64,000 nucleotides of DNA, taken from Mobula hypostoma (lineage: Eukaryota). Made by a program: the position numbers and the translations under genes. Positions 25,488 through 39,050 of this stretch are shown here, one piece after another. Below the pieces are notes generated by a model. The model was given only the letters and a program-made list of their open reading frames with translations. It searched no databases and was not told the DNA's origin. The DNA lies in contig NC_086097.1 of the NCBI RefSeq assembly GCF_963921235.1, positions 91,638,001-91,702,000 of the forward strand, given 5' to 3'. Position 1 is the first letter of the stretch. Every line of letters begins with the position of its first letter.

Positions 25488-28400
25488 ATGGTAGGGAATC
25501 CAAAAGGTTTCTGGATATCAGCAACCCACCTGAAATGGCCAACATTTTACCCTCTGAAATGCAAACCATGTAATCTGCCAGGAAATTAGGCTCAAGTTGA
25601 TTAACAGTTTTTCAGCTACAGTTTAAGCTATTAATTATAATAGATAATAGAATACTTAAAACAATGCTAACTAGAAACATAAATTGGAATTTTAAATGTA
25701 AAGTTTGATATAGACCTTGCTTGTGAAACCTCAATGGACAATTGGGGTGCAATTAAGAAACATACAGCACAGAAATGGGCCCTTTTAGCCAACCTCCTTC
25801 ATGCCTATTCACACCAATCCTATTTCCCTATATTCCTCTTGCCAAGTGCCTGCCCAAAAGTCTTTTTTAGCTGTTGTAATTGTATCTACCATTCCTCAGA
25901 ATTAATCACAGGAATTCCGCTCCATCTTGTTTTAAGCTAGTGTAACAACAGATGACTGTGCATCATGAAGTCGGCTACTGTTCATAGTAGCACATGGCTA
26001 ATTGTAAGAGCCAAAGTTTTAATTAGACATGCAAGCTTTTGAAAAGAAGTGCCCCAAACGAATTAGCTAGAGAAGGTCTGTGTTGAGAAGGAAGTACATG
26101 TCAGTGTAAATTTGCTCAAAGTCAACTACATGAGATGAGCTGGTTCGAACCAACAGACATATGTTAACATGTTACACCTTTCACTTTATTCTAGGTCCAG
26201 GTGGCCAGAAGGAAAAATTAATGTATAAAATCACATTTATTGCATACTATTCAAAATGTAATAAAAAAATATTTACCCGAAATATCCACATTAACCTTAT
26301 GTGCTGACAGGGACTGATTAGTAACAGAGGAAACTAAGTGAAAATATTTGCCAACCCTTCTGCTTGTCTCGCTTGGCAACGATTCATCAGTGTGGCACAT
26401 GCTTATGTTTGTGTAATTGAGTGTAACTGATTGGCAGACTGGTCAGTTAAGTTATAATCAACAGTAACCTACAAGAAGTTTAATAGATTTCTGTTTAACC
26501 AGTTTATATTTAAGGGGTGGTTAGTGACTAATGCAGCAAGTGCACATGAAAACACAGCTGAGCTGGTGTTCACTGACTGGGTTCACAGTTGGAAACAGAA
26601 ACTGGTTGTGATTGTGAGCCTAACAAACCACAACCCACCATGATGCCTACAGAAAAGAAATAGTAGATTGGAAATAAATGAAATCAGAATGCTTTGTTAC
26701 AAGAGGCAGCCATTAACCCAACGTATCACTGCCAAATCTGAAATACCCTTATCTTTTCCTGTTCAATATTTATGCATAACCCTTATAAAAGCTGCTGTCA
26801 ATTCCACCTCTCACTGTTTTTCAAATGACAGTTCCTTAACATGAAAAATATCTAATCTTTTTTGCTACTTTGTTGAGAATTTTACATACAAATCTAGTTA
26901 CTGACCTTGCAACTGACGAAAATAGTTTTATCCCATTTCCCTTCTCAAGAAAAAGCCTGTATATAGCAGCAACATATTAACCAGCCAGACTGGAGATAAG
27001 GCAATTCCTAACATCAAGCTTGGCAATCACACTGCTATAAAATGGCAGATCAATTTTACGTATATATTATATGCAATCATTCCCCACTTGTTGCATTTTT
27101 CTGGACAAAATGTTCTGCATTTAATGGGAGATACATTTTCTCAACAAGTTTCCAACTTCCTTCAGAGAAAAAAAACTTTCCTTCCAGAATAACAGAGTGT
27201 TTGCTGCAAGTCATACATCTAACTCATTAACTGATACAGAATTGTTAATACAAAGCGACCACAGAAAACACAATTAAAACAATGATTTCCCTCAGGTTCC
27301 AGTGAAGCATCCCTGAACCATTTGTTCCTCTACAATGAAAACCAAGTTTCATCTTAACAAATCTCTTTGAGTTCTTCATGACCTTGAGATATTTCACAAA
27401 ACAAGGCGCTGAAGACTACTGGTGAAATTCTAGTGAACAAACAATCTTTATGTTTAATTCACTGCCTCGTTTAAGAGAACTAGAATCTCAAATATTATTT
27501 TCATTAGTAGAAAACAAATGGCAGTATTAACTAAGCCAAGCCCCATTTGTAGATGGAAATATACAATCAACACTTCAGGTCAAGAAACCTTCACGCAATC
27601 CTACTTTAAAGATTTCAACACCACAACTCATTTTGCTATCTTTACAATTTAGTCCATATTTTTCCTCCAAGATGTGACATTCAGCATCTTTTCATCTTAA
27701 AAGTGATCTAGCTAACAGCGATTCAACCTACAAACCTCACCTCACAATTTGCTTACAATCCCCTTCAGAAGAAAGCACATATTCAGCTGTGTGGAAGTGC
27801 CGTGGGAAATTGGACAAAGTTGAAGAAGTAAAGAAGCAGCTATAATGAGGTATTATTGCCCTAAGTTGGCCACAGACGTGTCAAGCATAGAAGGTCATGA
27901 CAGAGTCTGGACTGCCCATTGAAAGAGCTGCTACTGTCTTGCTAGAACGTATATCTACTCTATGCTATTCTGTTACTCTACAAAACATAGTACAAAGAGA
28001 TGTCTTTATTTTATTACTGGACAAGTGCAATACACTCAAGAGTAACGTGGATCACCAACTTCCATCATCAAGAAAGTAGCAATAAGCTGCCTTCCTCAGC
28101 TGCTGCAGCCCATTTCGTGAAGGCACTCTCATAGTGTTGCCGAATGAGGAGGTTCAACTGTCTAACTTGTGGTTTAAAGGAGATCTTAGAGGTACATTCC
28201 AATACAGCACTTACACTTGTACTCCTGAGTAGTTCAGGGCATAAGTTTGTAAGGTGCTTTCAGAAAAGCTTTGACGAGTGTATTCTGTGAATGATACTGG
28301 AAGTTGTTCAACATCAGATGATTGCAGGAATTAAACCTAGTTCAATGGTTGCTTTTTGCAGATGTGGCTGCATTCATCTCTAACAAATCTGAAAAACTGC

Positions 28401-28539
28401 AGATGATAAATACTTCATCTGAAGCATACACCAAGTTTATTAAGGCAATCAACATTCAAATCATGATTCATAGGGTCATAGGGAACCAATATCCTTCTAA
28501 AATTTACATTGTTTGGACAACATACAGCACTCTTGTCAT

Positions 28540-28985
28540 CCTGGCAGGAAAGCAGCACCCATCATCAGGGACCCATACCATCCAGGTCATGCTTTTTTCT
28601 CATTGCTGCCATCAGGAAGAAGGTACAGAAGCCAAAGGATTCACACCATTAGGTTTAGGAACAGTTATTACCCCCAACCAACAGGCTCTTGAACCTGTGG
28701 GATAACTTCACTCGCTCCATCACTGAACTACTTCTACAAGCTATGGACTCACTTTCAAGGACTCTTTATCTCATGTTTTCAAAATATATTGCTTTATTTT
28801 TCTTTTGTGTTTGTAGTTTGTTGTCTTTTGCACATTGGTTACTTGTCTGCCCTGTTGGGTGCAGCATTTCATTGATTCCATTATGGTTCTTGGATTTGTT
28901 GAGTATGCCCGCAAGAAAATGAATCACAGAGTTGTATATGGTGACATACATGTACTTTAATAATAAATTTACTTTGTACTTGATC
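28540..28985 (+). mobile_element. Rex1-like LINE 3' fragment
   Basis: tgccatcaggaagaaggtacaga (LPSGRRY) and gttgtatatggtgacatacatgtacttt..aataaatttactttg tail. Confidence 0.75.
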
Positions 28986-30036
28986 AATACCTACCAGGTC
29001 ACTTAACCTCAAAGGGCAACTTCATCTGAAATACTAGAAATCCTCTTTCAGGTTTGATGATCTTACCTCACTTTTCTAAATCACAAACAGCTAACTGGGA
29101 ATGAAAGGGCATCCGTCAGCTTGTGAAACTGGGGTCACATATTCCACAAGGGAGCAGATATTGAAGTTTCTACCTGTAAAGTCTAGGTAAAATCCTTGGG
29201 ACTAAGAGTCACCAACGATATGGTACTGAGGAAACTTGCCCACACATAATGCTGATGGTACAGCTGGAGCAGGTGTCTCAAGATTACATGCTGGAGACTG
29301 TGCTTTGTGCACAGAACCAAAATCGCCAGCAATGCAGAGAAAAACATATTCTGATACTGCAACAGGGCAAAACAATTTCTTAGCATTCAGAGTAGCCCTT
29401 GACAACCAGGAGTATGTTGCCAGAACCAGTGTTTGAAGTAGGCAAGTGAAGGCTAGCTCAATCAACACAGAGAGCTAGTACTCAGTCTAAGCACAATTGA
29501 ATGACTTTAAGGAGTTTCCTTCCACTTGTCAAGATGCTGGCCAGCCTTCCCTGCAAATTGCTGCTACCAATGCAGTAGCATAGCAATAAGAATAAAAGTT
29601 TACAACGTTGAATGAGGTGATAATTAAGTGACCTTCGTTGGCTTGGATGGTGCTAAATATCTTGTGTTGATATGTGTTACAATGCAACTGAAGAGTATCT
29701 TATCACACTGTCCACGGGTACCTTGCAATGGAGCAAAGGTGTCACGAAGCAAGCTACTCACTACAAATACCCATACGGGGCCTGCCTTTATGGCCACAAT
29801 ATTTGAGACATAGGCTCAGCTAAGTTCCTGATCAATAGTAGTGCCCAGGAGATTGACGATGAGGGACTTACAGCAACATCATTGAATGACACCGAAAGTC
29901 AGTCAGATACTTACTGGTTGGTCATAATCATTGTCCATCACTTGTGTGATATGAATAAATTTGCAACTTATCAACTCAAACTGGATTGTTTTACTTTAAG
30001 GAATTAAAAATGGTATTGCTCAATCAACAGTAAATA

Positions 30037-30548
30037 TGAGGAGTGATTGATAAGTTCGTGGCCTAAGGTAGAAGGAGTCAATTTTAGAAAACCTAGCACA
30101 TTTATTTTTCAACATAGCCCCCTCCTACATTTGCACACTTAGTCCAGCGGTCGTGGAGCATACGGATCCCTTCTTTGTAGAAGTCAGCGTCTTGGAACTG
30201 CAGAAAGAGGTCCGCAGCAGGAGTGATTGATAAGTTTGTGGCCTAAGGTAGAAGGAGATGAGTTGTTAACTTCAAACTTTATGCATAATCACTCAAAATG
30301 TTGAACTGCATGTGCATGTAACGAGAGTTGTATAACTCATCTCCTTCTACCTTAGGCCACAAACTTATCAATCACCCCTTTATGGAGGCCCAAGACGCTG
30401 ACTTCTACAAAGAAGGGATCCGTATGCTCCACGACCGCTGGACTAAGTGTGTAAATGTAGGAGGGGACTACATTGAAAAATAAATGTGCTAGGTTTTCTA
30501 CAATTGACCCCTTCTACCTTAAGCCATAAACTTATCAATCACCCCTCA
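30037..30548. mobile_element. Mariner-derived palindromic MITE with four TIR copies
   Basis: TA flanks; TIR gagg(a/g)gtgattgataagt..gtggcctaaggtagaagga; arm encodes mariner C-terminus DFYKEGIRMLHDRWTKCVNVGGDYIEK* (30400-30483) and its inverse on the left. Confidence 0.92.
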
Positions 30549-33134
30549 TACGTCCCTTTTGATCCTATCATTGAAAGAGGCCATTAACTAGCGAGGACTG
30601 GGTCTACAGTAAGTTGTGCATCAGATTCATCCAAAGATGATCTACCTTTGAAAAAGCACACTCACCTTTCTTCACCCCAGTGGATTTTCCTGCCCTCAAA
30701 TCACACTTCTAGTATGGCTCCATGATATAAAGGACAGTCAGTTCCAACCTGTCCATATTTGAACCAAGGCTAAAATAAGGTTTGCAAATTTTCCACAGTA
30801 ATGAGCAATTAAGCCAGAATAACTCTTTAGAACAGAAAACCTTTTCTGGAGTACAAGTCTTTGTACAGTACAACCAGGACCTGCCTGCCTCATAATCCTG
30901 ACTATATTCATGGTCTCTGTTACTTGTTTATATTACAAATCAAATTGGCCAAAGAATGGCTTCTTTGATAGTAAACACCTCGGGAGGAAATGGTAGGATC
31001 TTTTACTCAGCATTTCTAGCTGAACACAGTTGTAAATGTCTCAACCCCACTGAGAGTAGGGATGTTATTTGAGTCCACTCTTTTTGCTAGACGCTTAAAT
31101 GTCCACCACAGTTCACAAACAGGTGGGACAGGATGGCAAGGTTTAGATTTGATATGGTTTTATTTAGCTGCATCTGCATCCTGCTATCATTCCACTGCAG
31201 CTCCACCATGCACCTTTATCCCAAGTGCTGATTCTTTTAACATTCGCGGCAGAACCTGCCCAGCAGCAGTTATGTCCATTATGACTTTGACAGGTCACCT
31301 AGTTCAGTTGCTACTGAGCTTGGCTTGGAGATGGAATTTATAATCAATTCAATCCTGTCAAACTCAACGTGTGCCCTCACGCTTCTCCCAAACTGCATTA
31401 AACATGGAGCACACTTTTCATAGATTTGTGACGATGAAGTGATTTCCTGGTTCCAGACTGTATGAGACTTCCTAAGCCACTGCTTCCAATCTATATGCCA
31501 ATTTATTACAATTACTCATTAGTCTATGATGTCAATATATCAGGATATGCTTAGGGAGAGTGATGGTAGAGATCAAAATGTTGGCTGAAAGATATAATTT
31601 TATGACTACTATTATATCACTTCTCCCAGTTTAGATACTTGTCCTCAAAATGTTCACAAGTAGGACTTTACAAGTTTGATTAAAATGGAGCTACCTTTGC
31701 TGAGAGCAAATCAGGTGTGTAGGTCAATGCAATGTGTCATTGGTTTTATTCTGCTGTTTGTGGAATGGCTTGCGGTAAGTAACTGAGTTGCAAAGCCATT
31801 TCAAGAGTTCTGTTAAGAGCAATGGTGACAATATTAATCCTCCTTGTTCCCACTACAAGACATTCTTCACACCAGCACCTGAGAGGCAAAACACCCTTTG
31901 AGATCCTTGGCTCTGACCAAAAGGACAACGTGCCCCACACGCCACTCATTAGCAATCTCCTATTAATGAGGTTTTGTACGATTCATTTATTCATCTTTGC
32001 TGATCAGTTTAACCTACAAAACTGTTTCTGCTCCTGTTGTCTTTGTGCAACTTTCACCATTATCATAGATAGTCAGAACTAAAAAACCTCCTTACCAATT
32101 CAACACTCTCAGTGAAATCCTGCTCTGCCTCCCATTTCCAATCTCTGGATCAAGGGATAGTAAGGAATTTCTGATCGGCAACTGATGATTCCAATCACGC
32201 TTGCTAACATTGCACATTTATGTCAGAGAACTGTCAGAAATAAAGTACTAAATTTGTATGTGGGAATGTACTAGGCCATTCTGCCTCTCAATTCAAATTG
32301 ACCATAGCGAATCTGCTTTTGAGCTCAATGAACTTATACTACTAATGTATTCCATAACAAATTTTGCCTTAGTTTGACTTTTTCCAATATTCTATATCAA
32401 TATTCTTTTAAGGTTGAGTGTCCTAGATTTCCATTATCCGTTGTGTGAATAAGTGCATGTCTAATTTTAAGCTCAATTGTTCTGCAGTCTCACATCAAAG
32501 GAAATACCAAGACACTTTCTAATTCCCCTGATAAATGGTCCAACCTTAAGGTCTGCATTATGGAATCTCAGATTTCAGTAGCTTATCTTTCAATTTGTCC
32601 AGGGAAAATAATCAACAAATTCAAAAGTCCGTGGCATCACTTCTCATGGGAAGATTCGGAGAAGATCTGTAAGGCTAGCCAATAGCAACATCTGGTGGCT
32701 GATCTGAGGTAATGCAGGAGCATTGTCCACATTTCAAATCTGGCAGGCTATTTTTGAGAATCTCTTCACACTGTCACTATGACACAGAAACAAGCCATCC
32801 AGATGATCAAAGTTGATTCATCTTTCTATAACTTTGTCAGAGTTTCCCTTGCTTCCAGCTTCCCCTCAAATATATCAACACTATTATCCCCAAACATTCT
32901 TCATAGTGGAACACTCTACATTCCCATGATAAATAACTTTCTCAGAAATCCATTAATGGATCTGTTCATGACTAGGTAGTATTTCAGATTAGATATATTT
33001 TCTAACTTATAGTCCTCTTATAGATCAAACCCCCAGTTTTTCATTTCAGTGAAGAGTATCAACTTGCTTGGTCTTTTTAAAATATGCATCTGCTCAGCTT
33101 TTGTGTTACAAGTCCTTTGCACCTACTCTAATTA

Positions 33135-33454
33135 CGAGGGGTGATCGGTAAGCTTGTGGCCGAAGGTAGAAGGAGATGAGTTATTAACTTCAAACTTTCT
33201 GCATAATCACTCAAAGAGTTGAACTACACGTGCATGTAACAGAGCTGTACAACTCATCTCCTTCTACCTTAGGCCACAAACTTATCAATCACCCCTGCTG
33301 TGGACACTTTCTGGGGGTCCAAGATCTGTATGCTCCACGACCGCTGGTCTAAGTATGTAAATGTAGGAGGGGACTTTGTTGAAAAATAAATGTGCTAGGT
33401 TTTCTAAAATTGACTCCTTCTACCTTAGGCCACAAACTTATCAATCACCCCTCG
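33135..33454 (+). mobile_element. Mariner-derived MITE of the same family, three TIR copies
   Basis: ta|cgaggggtgat...atcacccctcg|ta; shares the core and right arm of 30037-30548. Confidence 0.92.
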
Positions 33455-34978
33455 TAATGCGGTTTTGGATGATTGGAAATTCCACTGTTGTGGAACTACT
33501 GGAATATTTTTTACTCATCAATAGCTTGATTTAATAAAGATAAAAGGCCACTCTCTGAAGTCCTATGATATAGAGGAATATATTATTTGTGCTTCAACTG
33601 AGTTATGATAAGGAATAATTTTATACCACCCACTTGATGCCGTTTTCTTCATTTTAGAGTCAGGATTAAGCAAAGACAAACTATAGTTCTAGTTACCAGC
33701 AAAATCTTTATACTTATTATTAAATTCTTCCCTGTTTGCTCCAACAATTATCAACAAAGAATTCTATGACAAAGTATCCATTTCATTGAGTCTGCATTTT
33801 AGGAAGATATACCTAATTAATTCCACTCCACTACTATTTAACAGAAGTCTTGCTAATTTGGGTATACATTGAACTGTTTTTGGAAACTTGCACTGAATTT
33901 GCCCATAATTGCATGCAGTGTAAGCTCTTTCAATTATTTCTCCATGGCACTATTCGACCAATAACAGGTACTGTTGCTCAAAGTTTGAAAGTTTCTACCC
34001 TAATTATTAAACCCTTCCCCTTTCACCTCTTTATTATCCACTTCAAGTGCCCAATTTTGCAACTACCTGCCCTTTTAATGGTGATCAATTCTTCCAACCT
34101 GCAGATGATGTCCTTCCAAAAAACTAGCAGGTAATATCAAAACAAACATCAATGCCTATAATAGAGTATGTAAGATCCCCTAGGGAGTGAGATTAGAGAG
34201 TTAAGAGGAAACAAGGAAATGACAGATAAATTGTATCAATTCTTTATCTCAGTCTTCAGGTTGAAGGATACTACAAGTATTCTGTGGAAAAGACTAATTT
34301 CAAACAATATTTAAGAAATTCTAACCACTATCACGAGTGTGAGATACTGGAAAAACTAATGGGACTAAAGCCAGGTCCTAATGGCCTATATCCAACGGGT
34401 TTAAAGGAAGCAGCTGAAGAAAAAGTGGAGCCATAGGTTGAAGTTTTTTCAAACCTCACCAAAATCCTACTACTGGATTGGAAGGTTGTAACATTAACTA
34501 AGTTAACTCCATTGCTTATGAAGGAAGGGAAAAATAGATAACTACTTGCTAGAGTCTGTTGTCAAGGAAGAAACAGAGAGCCTTTAGAGAAGCTTAATGT
34601 AAACAAACCAAGTCAACATGGTTTTATGAAAGGTAAATTTTGTTGGACAGATTTGCAAGTACTCTACAAGGATGTAGCAGGCAGAATTTCCATTAGGCAT
34701 TTGATGAGGTATAACAAGCAGTTAGTGCGGGAGCTTCTGGTTTTGGGGGTAGCACGTTAGCATGGTTTGAAGATTAGTTACCAAATGAAAGAGAATCAGA
34801 ATAAGCAGGTAATTTTCAAGCTGTAAGGATGCAACTGGTGGAGTGTCCCAAGGATCAAATCTTGGCCTTCAATTATTTATGATATATATTAATGACCTGG
34901 AAGAGAAGATAGGGTGTAAATTATCCAAGTTTGTGGAACACACAAAAATAGGTCAGATTGCAAATTGCATTAAGGATA

Positions 34979-36069
34979 CAGTGCATTCCGGTTAACTGAG
35001 CCATATCAGGGCCAGTACATTTCGATCAATTTAAGCAACTGCCCCAATTAGCCGAAGTTACGTAGAAATAGTTAAAAAGGTATAAAAAAGACAAACTACC
35101 GTTTAACTGAGTAACACATTATGTATTTAAATGAAGTACAGATCAAATTAGAACACTACCTGTACTACTGGTGGTTGTCCATTTTATCTGACGATGACAG
35201 GAAACCTGTGGGGAAGTGTTTTTAAAGTGGAAAAGACGTTGCACTAAAGCAGTTCCAATCTCTTGACTTCAGAAGTCCAGGTCCAGTGGGATGAGTAGAC
35301 GTCACATCTGAGGTCTTCGCCGGTTGTAGTGGATGACCATGACTTCTTCTGTGCCTCATCATGCCCTTTACTCTCCACATGGCTTTGCAGAGTCACCTTC
35401 CTGGTCATTAGATCTCACTGTAGACTTCATCCGCCCGATCCACCACAACTGACTTCACATGCTAAGGCAGGCATGACCCTACCTCACTGTGTATGAGGCC
35501 TGCTGGGTACCCTCACCTACTAGGTGAGCCTGTCTGTCGAAATGTGTACTGGAATATGGTCCTGCCACAGAGAAGCAGCAAATTGGAGAAAACAAGTGAG
35601 GGCTAAGTGTCCGGTGGGGACCAAAGGTAACATTCAAGATGATTGTCAAAACCTTCAAATTCTTCATAGTTTCTAATTTGTTGAAGTGGTGAATTCATTT
35701 CATTTTCACTCCCAACCATTTCTGGCATTTCCAAGTCTGAAATTGCAGTCAGCACAACAGTTCTGAATTGTCTTATAGCTTATTTCACCATCTACCAGTG
35801 ACAAAAATCACTGCTTTTTGAACACACACGCAACTGACGCAACTTAAAAACTGTTCGCTCTAAGCATGGTGTAGTGTCTAATGACCACACTGTGCACGTG
35901 CATGATGCTAGTTAGAAACTGTTTGACAACAATCTCTTGTCCCAATCAAGTGGCATATTGACCCAAATAAAAAAAAGAAATTTTCTCAATTTGCTTTAGT
36001 TCTTTAGGATTTTGTCCCAACTAGCAGCTGCCCCGATTAACTGATGGCCCAATTAACCAGAATCTACTG
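34979..36069. mobile_element. Tigger/pogo-like non-autonomous DNA transposon
   Basis: ta|cagtgcattccggttaactgagcca ... tggcccaattaaccagaatctactg|ta imperfect TIRs with TA flanks; appears to hold a second insert ~35170-35620. Confidence 0.75.
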
Positions 36070-36119
36070 TAATTCTGCAATTGCAATGTGATATAGACAG
36101 CTTGACTGGAGTATATAGT

Positions 36120-36368
36120 TTTTTTTTGTGTGCCATACTCTGCCAGAGCCTCGGTGACCACTTTTTCAAGTGGTTGTCTTGGAGAAAAGATTCTGTGAGT
36201 GGTCCCCCACATCTTTCTCACAGCGCAGTTTTTTTTTACGAGGCCGAGTTGTGAGCTCGACACTCAACCCGGCATGGATGGAAAGTGTGCTCGGGAGCAG
36301 CCCGACTGGATTCGAACTCGGGAACTTTCGCTCCGGAGTCCGGCGCTGATCTCACTGCGCCGCCAGCC
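36120..36368 (-). mobile_element. tRNA-derived SINE
   Basis: Head ggctggcggcgcagtgagatcagcgc...gagttcgaatcc (A and B boxes), short A tail, near-TSD agta(t/c)atagt at 36110-36119 and 36371-36380. Confidence 0.85.
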
Positions 36369-36940
36369 ATAGTACATAGTACTGGCCCTATTATTTAACA
36401 ATAGAATAAACTGACATCAGGGGTTAATGCAAAAAAAAATCACTAGACTTATTCCTGGGATGAGAAGATAGTTCTTATAGAAGCAGTTAAAGAAATTGGA
36501 TTCATGCTGTTCAGATTTATAATAATGAAGAACGATCTCACAGAAACAGATATTGACAGGGTAGAGACCCATGTCTTTCAACTTGTGTGAGAAGCTTGAA
36601 CAAGGGTTTATTGCAGAGGAAGAAGATAGATGGAAGATGGAAGGAATGGGGGGGTGTTAGGCTATGGGGAGCTGCCTCAGAAGAGGAGATGAGGGTTGGG
36701 GCAGATCAGCTGTGATCACAAAGAATGTCAGGGCAGGCTTGAGAAACCGGGTGTCTTACAACTATTCCTGTTTTATACTTTGCATTAAAGGAGTGTTGTA
36801 GAACTGCAGGCTTGTTTTGAAGAAGCAAAAGCACTACTAATTTTTTAAAACTTTACTTCAACCGAGAAAGCTTCTTGATCCAGTCAGGGATACAGTATGT
36901 TTTATATCTATGGCTGATGTAATCAGATCTGGATTCTTAC

Positions 36941-37034
36941 AGGACTGGGTGGCTCCCTTGTTTGGCTCCTCAAACTGTGGATGCTGCCAATTTCGGTCTG
37001 AGAGCTGGAATGTGACAAGCCTTCAAAGTAGGGT
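36941..37034 (-). CDS. PACS2: PACS2 coding exon (~exon 10), [31 protein letters not shown]
   Basis: Manual translation; tttgcag| and |gtaaga; 94 nt, phase 2-0; absent from ORF track. Confidence 0.95.
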
Positions 37035-37688
37035 CTGCAAAACAACATTCACAATCAAAAGGTCATACAAAGTTAATGAGACATTTATAACATAACACCA
37101 ATAGCGTACGACAAAGCAAATTCAAAATCATTTGGTCTGCCCACAAAATGAGGGCGATGCTTGAGGGAAAAGTACTTGCTAAGTGGGAAGAATTTCCTTG
37201 CCTCTTCAGGGTATGATGGAGAGCTTTTTGTTAAACACCTGCTTGAACAGACAGATGTAAAAGAAGGAGTTAGTAGGTCACTCAACCCTTTTGGGCTTCC
37301 TGGCCATTCAGCAGGATCATGGCTCAGCTATCCTGCCCTTTCTTGCTCAGTGGCCACATCCCATAACTCCCTCTGTGTACATAAAAAACATTGATATTGT
37401 ATAAAAAACATTGGATGCACTCAGCAATAGAGCATTAATGATCCTCGAGAAGAGAATTCATCCATCAGATAAAAGGTATTTGTCCCAAATCTAGTTCTAA
37501 ATAGTTAACCGATTTCCCTTAATTCTAGCTTCTCCAATCCAAGAAAACAGTGTTTCATCATCTGAGGTCTTTGACAGTACTGGCTTCCTGTGACATGATC
37601 AAACCCTGAATCAGGATCTGACCCCACAGCCTTCTAATTCTGTCAGCACAAGAGTCTGCCGAAGCTGGAAACCGGAGCAACAAGAAAC

Positions 37689-37854
37689 CTGTTGGAGGAA
37701 CTCAGCAGCTTGAGCAGCATCTGTGGGAGGAAAGGAATTATTGATCTTTTGGGCTAAAAGCCTGCATGAATCCGGAAGCAAGCCTTTGATGTGAAAGATC
37801 AACAATTCCCCTCCATCAGCTGATGCTGCTTGACCTGTTGAGTTCCTCTAGCAG
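37689..37854. repeat. Old inverted PLE-pLTR-derived hairpin
   Basis: ctgttggaggaactcagcag...ttgatcttt versus aaagatcaa...ctgttgagttcctctagcag. Confidence 0.7.
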
Positions 37855-38772
37855 AGTTTGGATTCTGTTTGATTTAAAGAACAAAACTAAGCAACTATTG
37901 GATTCTGGTTCAAATCCACTTCTGATTAATGGATGGAAGCTTCTTTGCTTTACTATCCACACAAATCCATGTTCAGACCCTGGCTTGCCAACTCAAGCCT
38001 AACAGTGCCCAACAGTGTGCTTTAGGTAATTTGTTTTGAAATTAAAACATTGTAAAGTGTCAGTTTTGGGTTGATTCCTCTTCACATGTGCTTATGGGTT
38101 TGTGATACAGTTTGTGAGATTGAGACTGACATCAACCATGCATAATCCCAATAATACCAGTTATGGCCATAGAGTTATTCAGCACAAAAACAGGTCCTTT
38201 TAGCCCAATTTATCCATACTGACCAAGCTGTTTTCCTTGCCTGCATTTAGCCAAATCCCTCTAAACTTTTCTTCTCCACGTACCTAAGTGTTTCTTAATT
38301 GTACCCATCTTTATCATTTCCTCTTGACAGCTCATACCATTAACCCACCACCCTCCCTGTGAAAATAAAAACATGCCCCTCCTATCCCCCTTAAATAGTT
38401 CTCTTCTGACCTTAACCTATGGCCTCTAGTCTTGGACTCGCCAACCCTGGGAGAACAACTGTGACAATCCATCTTTTCTAGGCTCCTCATGGTTTTATAA
38501 ACCTCTATAAGCGTATCCCACAGCTTCCTTCATTCCACAGACAACTGTCACACCCTGGTCCTTGAGTAGACCCGGCAGATGTCTGATGAGAGTCAGGTAT
38601 GATAATGGGCATCCACTCAAATTTTCTATGGAGGTATAGAGGCTGAAGGGAAATCTGATAGAACTTTATAAGATTATGAGAGGCATAGATACAGCAGACA
38701 ACTCGTATCTTTCTCCAAGGGTTGAAATGCTTAGAGGGCATACATTCAAGATGAGAGGGGTAAGTTTGTACC

Positions 38773-39050
38773 TATTTATTTATTGAGTTACGGTGCAGAA
38801 GAGAGCCTTCTGGCCCTTCAAGCTGCACAGCCCAGCAAGCCCCTGATTTATCCCTAGCCTAATCACAAGACAATTTACAATGACCAATTAACCTACCAAC
38901 CGGTGTGTCTTAGGACTGTGGGAGGAAACCGGAGCACCCGGAGTAAACCCACACAGTCACAGGGGGAACGTACAAACTGCTTACTGGCAGCGGCGAGAAT
39001 TGAACTGTGTCGCTGGTACTGAAAAGCATTGTGCTAATCACTGTGCCACC
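38773..39050 (-). mobile_element. V-SINE (HE1-like elasmobranch SINE) inside a CR1 3' fragment
   Basis: tRNA-like head, V-domain ggtttcctcccacagtcc...ggttaattggtcattgtaaattgtc, CR1-like tail with (aaat)n. Confidence 0.85.

Larger units (their letters stand above)
34160..36780 (+). mobile_element. Ancient CR1 relic interrupted by a Tigger-like element and a SINE
   Basis: Degraded agtcaacatggttttatgaaaggtaaa (QHGF.KG), ggagtgtcccaaggatc, aatgacctgga; 3' part at 36380-36780. Confidence 0.65.

Noticed and set aside
27850..31950. Very old LINE relic on the minus strand
   Set aside because: Suggestive fragments only; too degraded to bound or classify by eye
30037..33454. Repeated gtggcctaaggtagaagga units as a CRISPR-like array
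   Set aside because: Copies alternate in orientation, are TA-flanked and adjoin mariner coding remnants; they are TIRs
36290..36368. Functional tRNA gene
   Set aside because: tRNA-like head continues into a SINE body with A tail and TSD; no convincing acceptor stem
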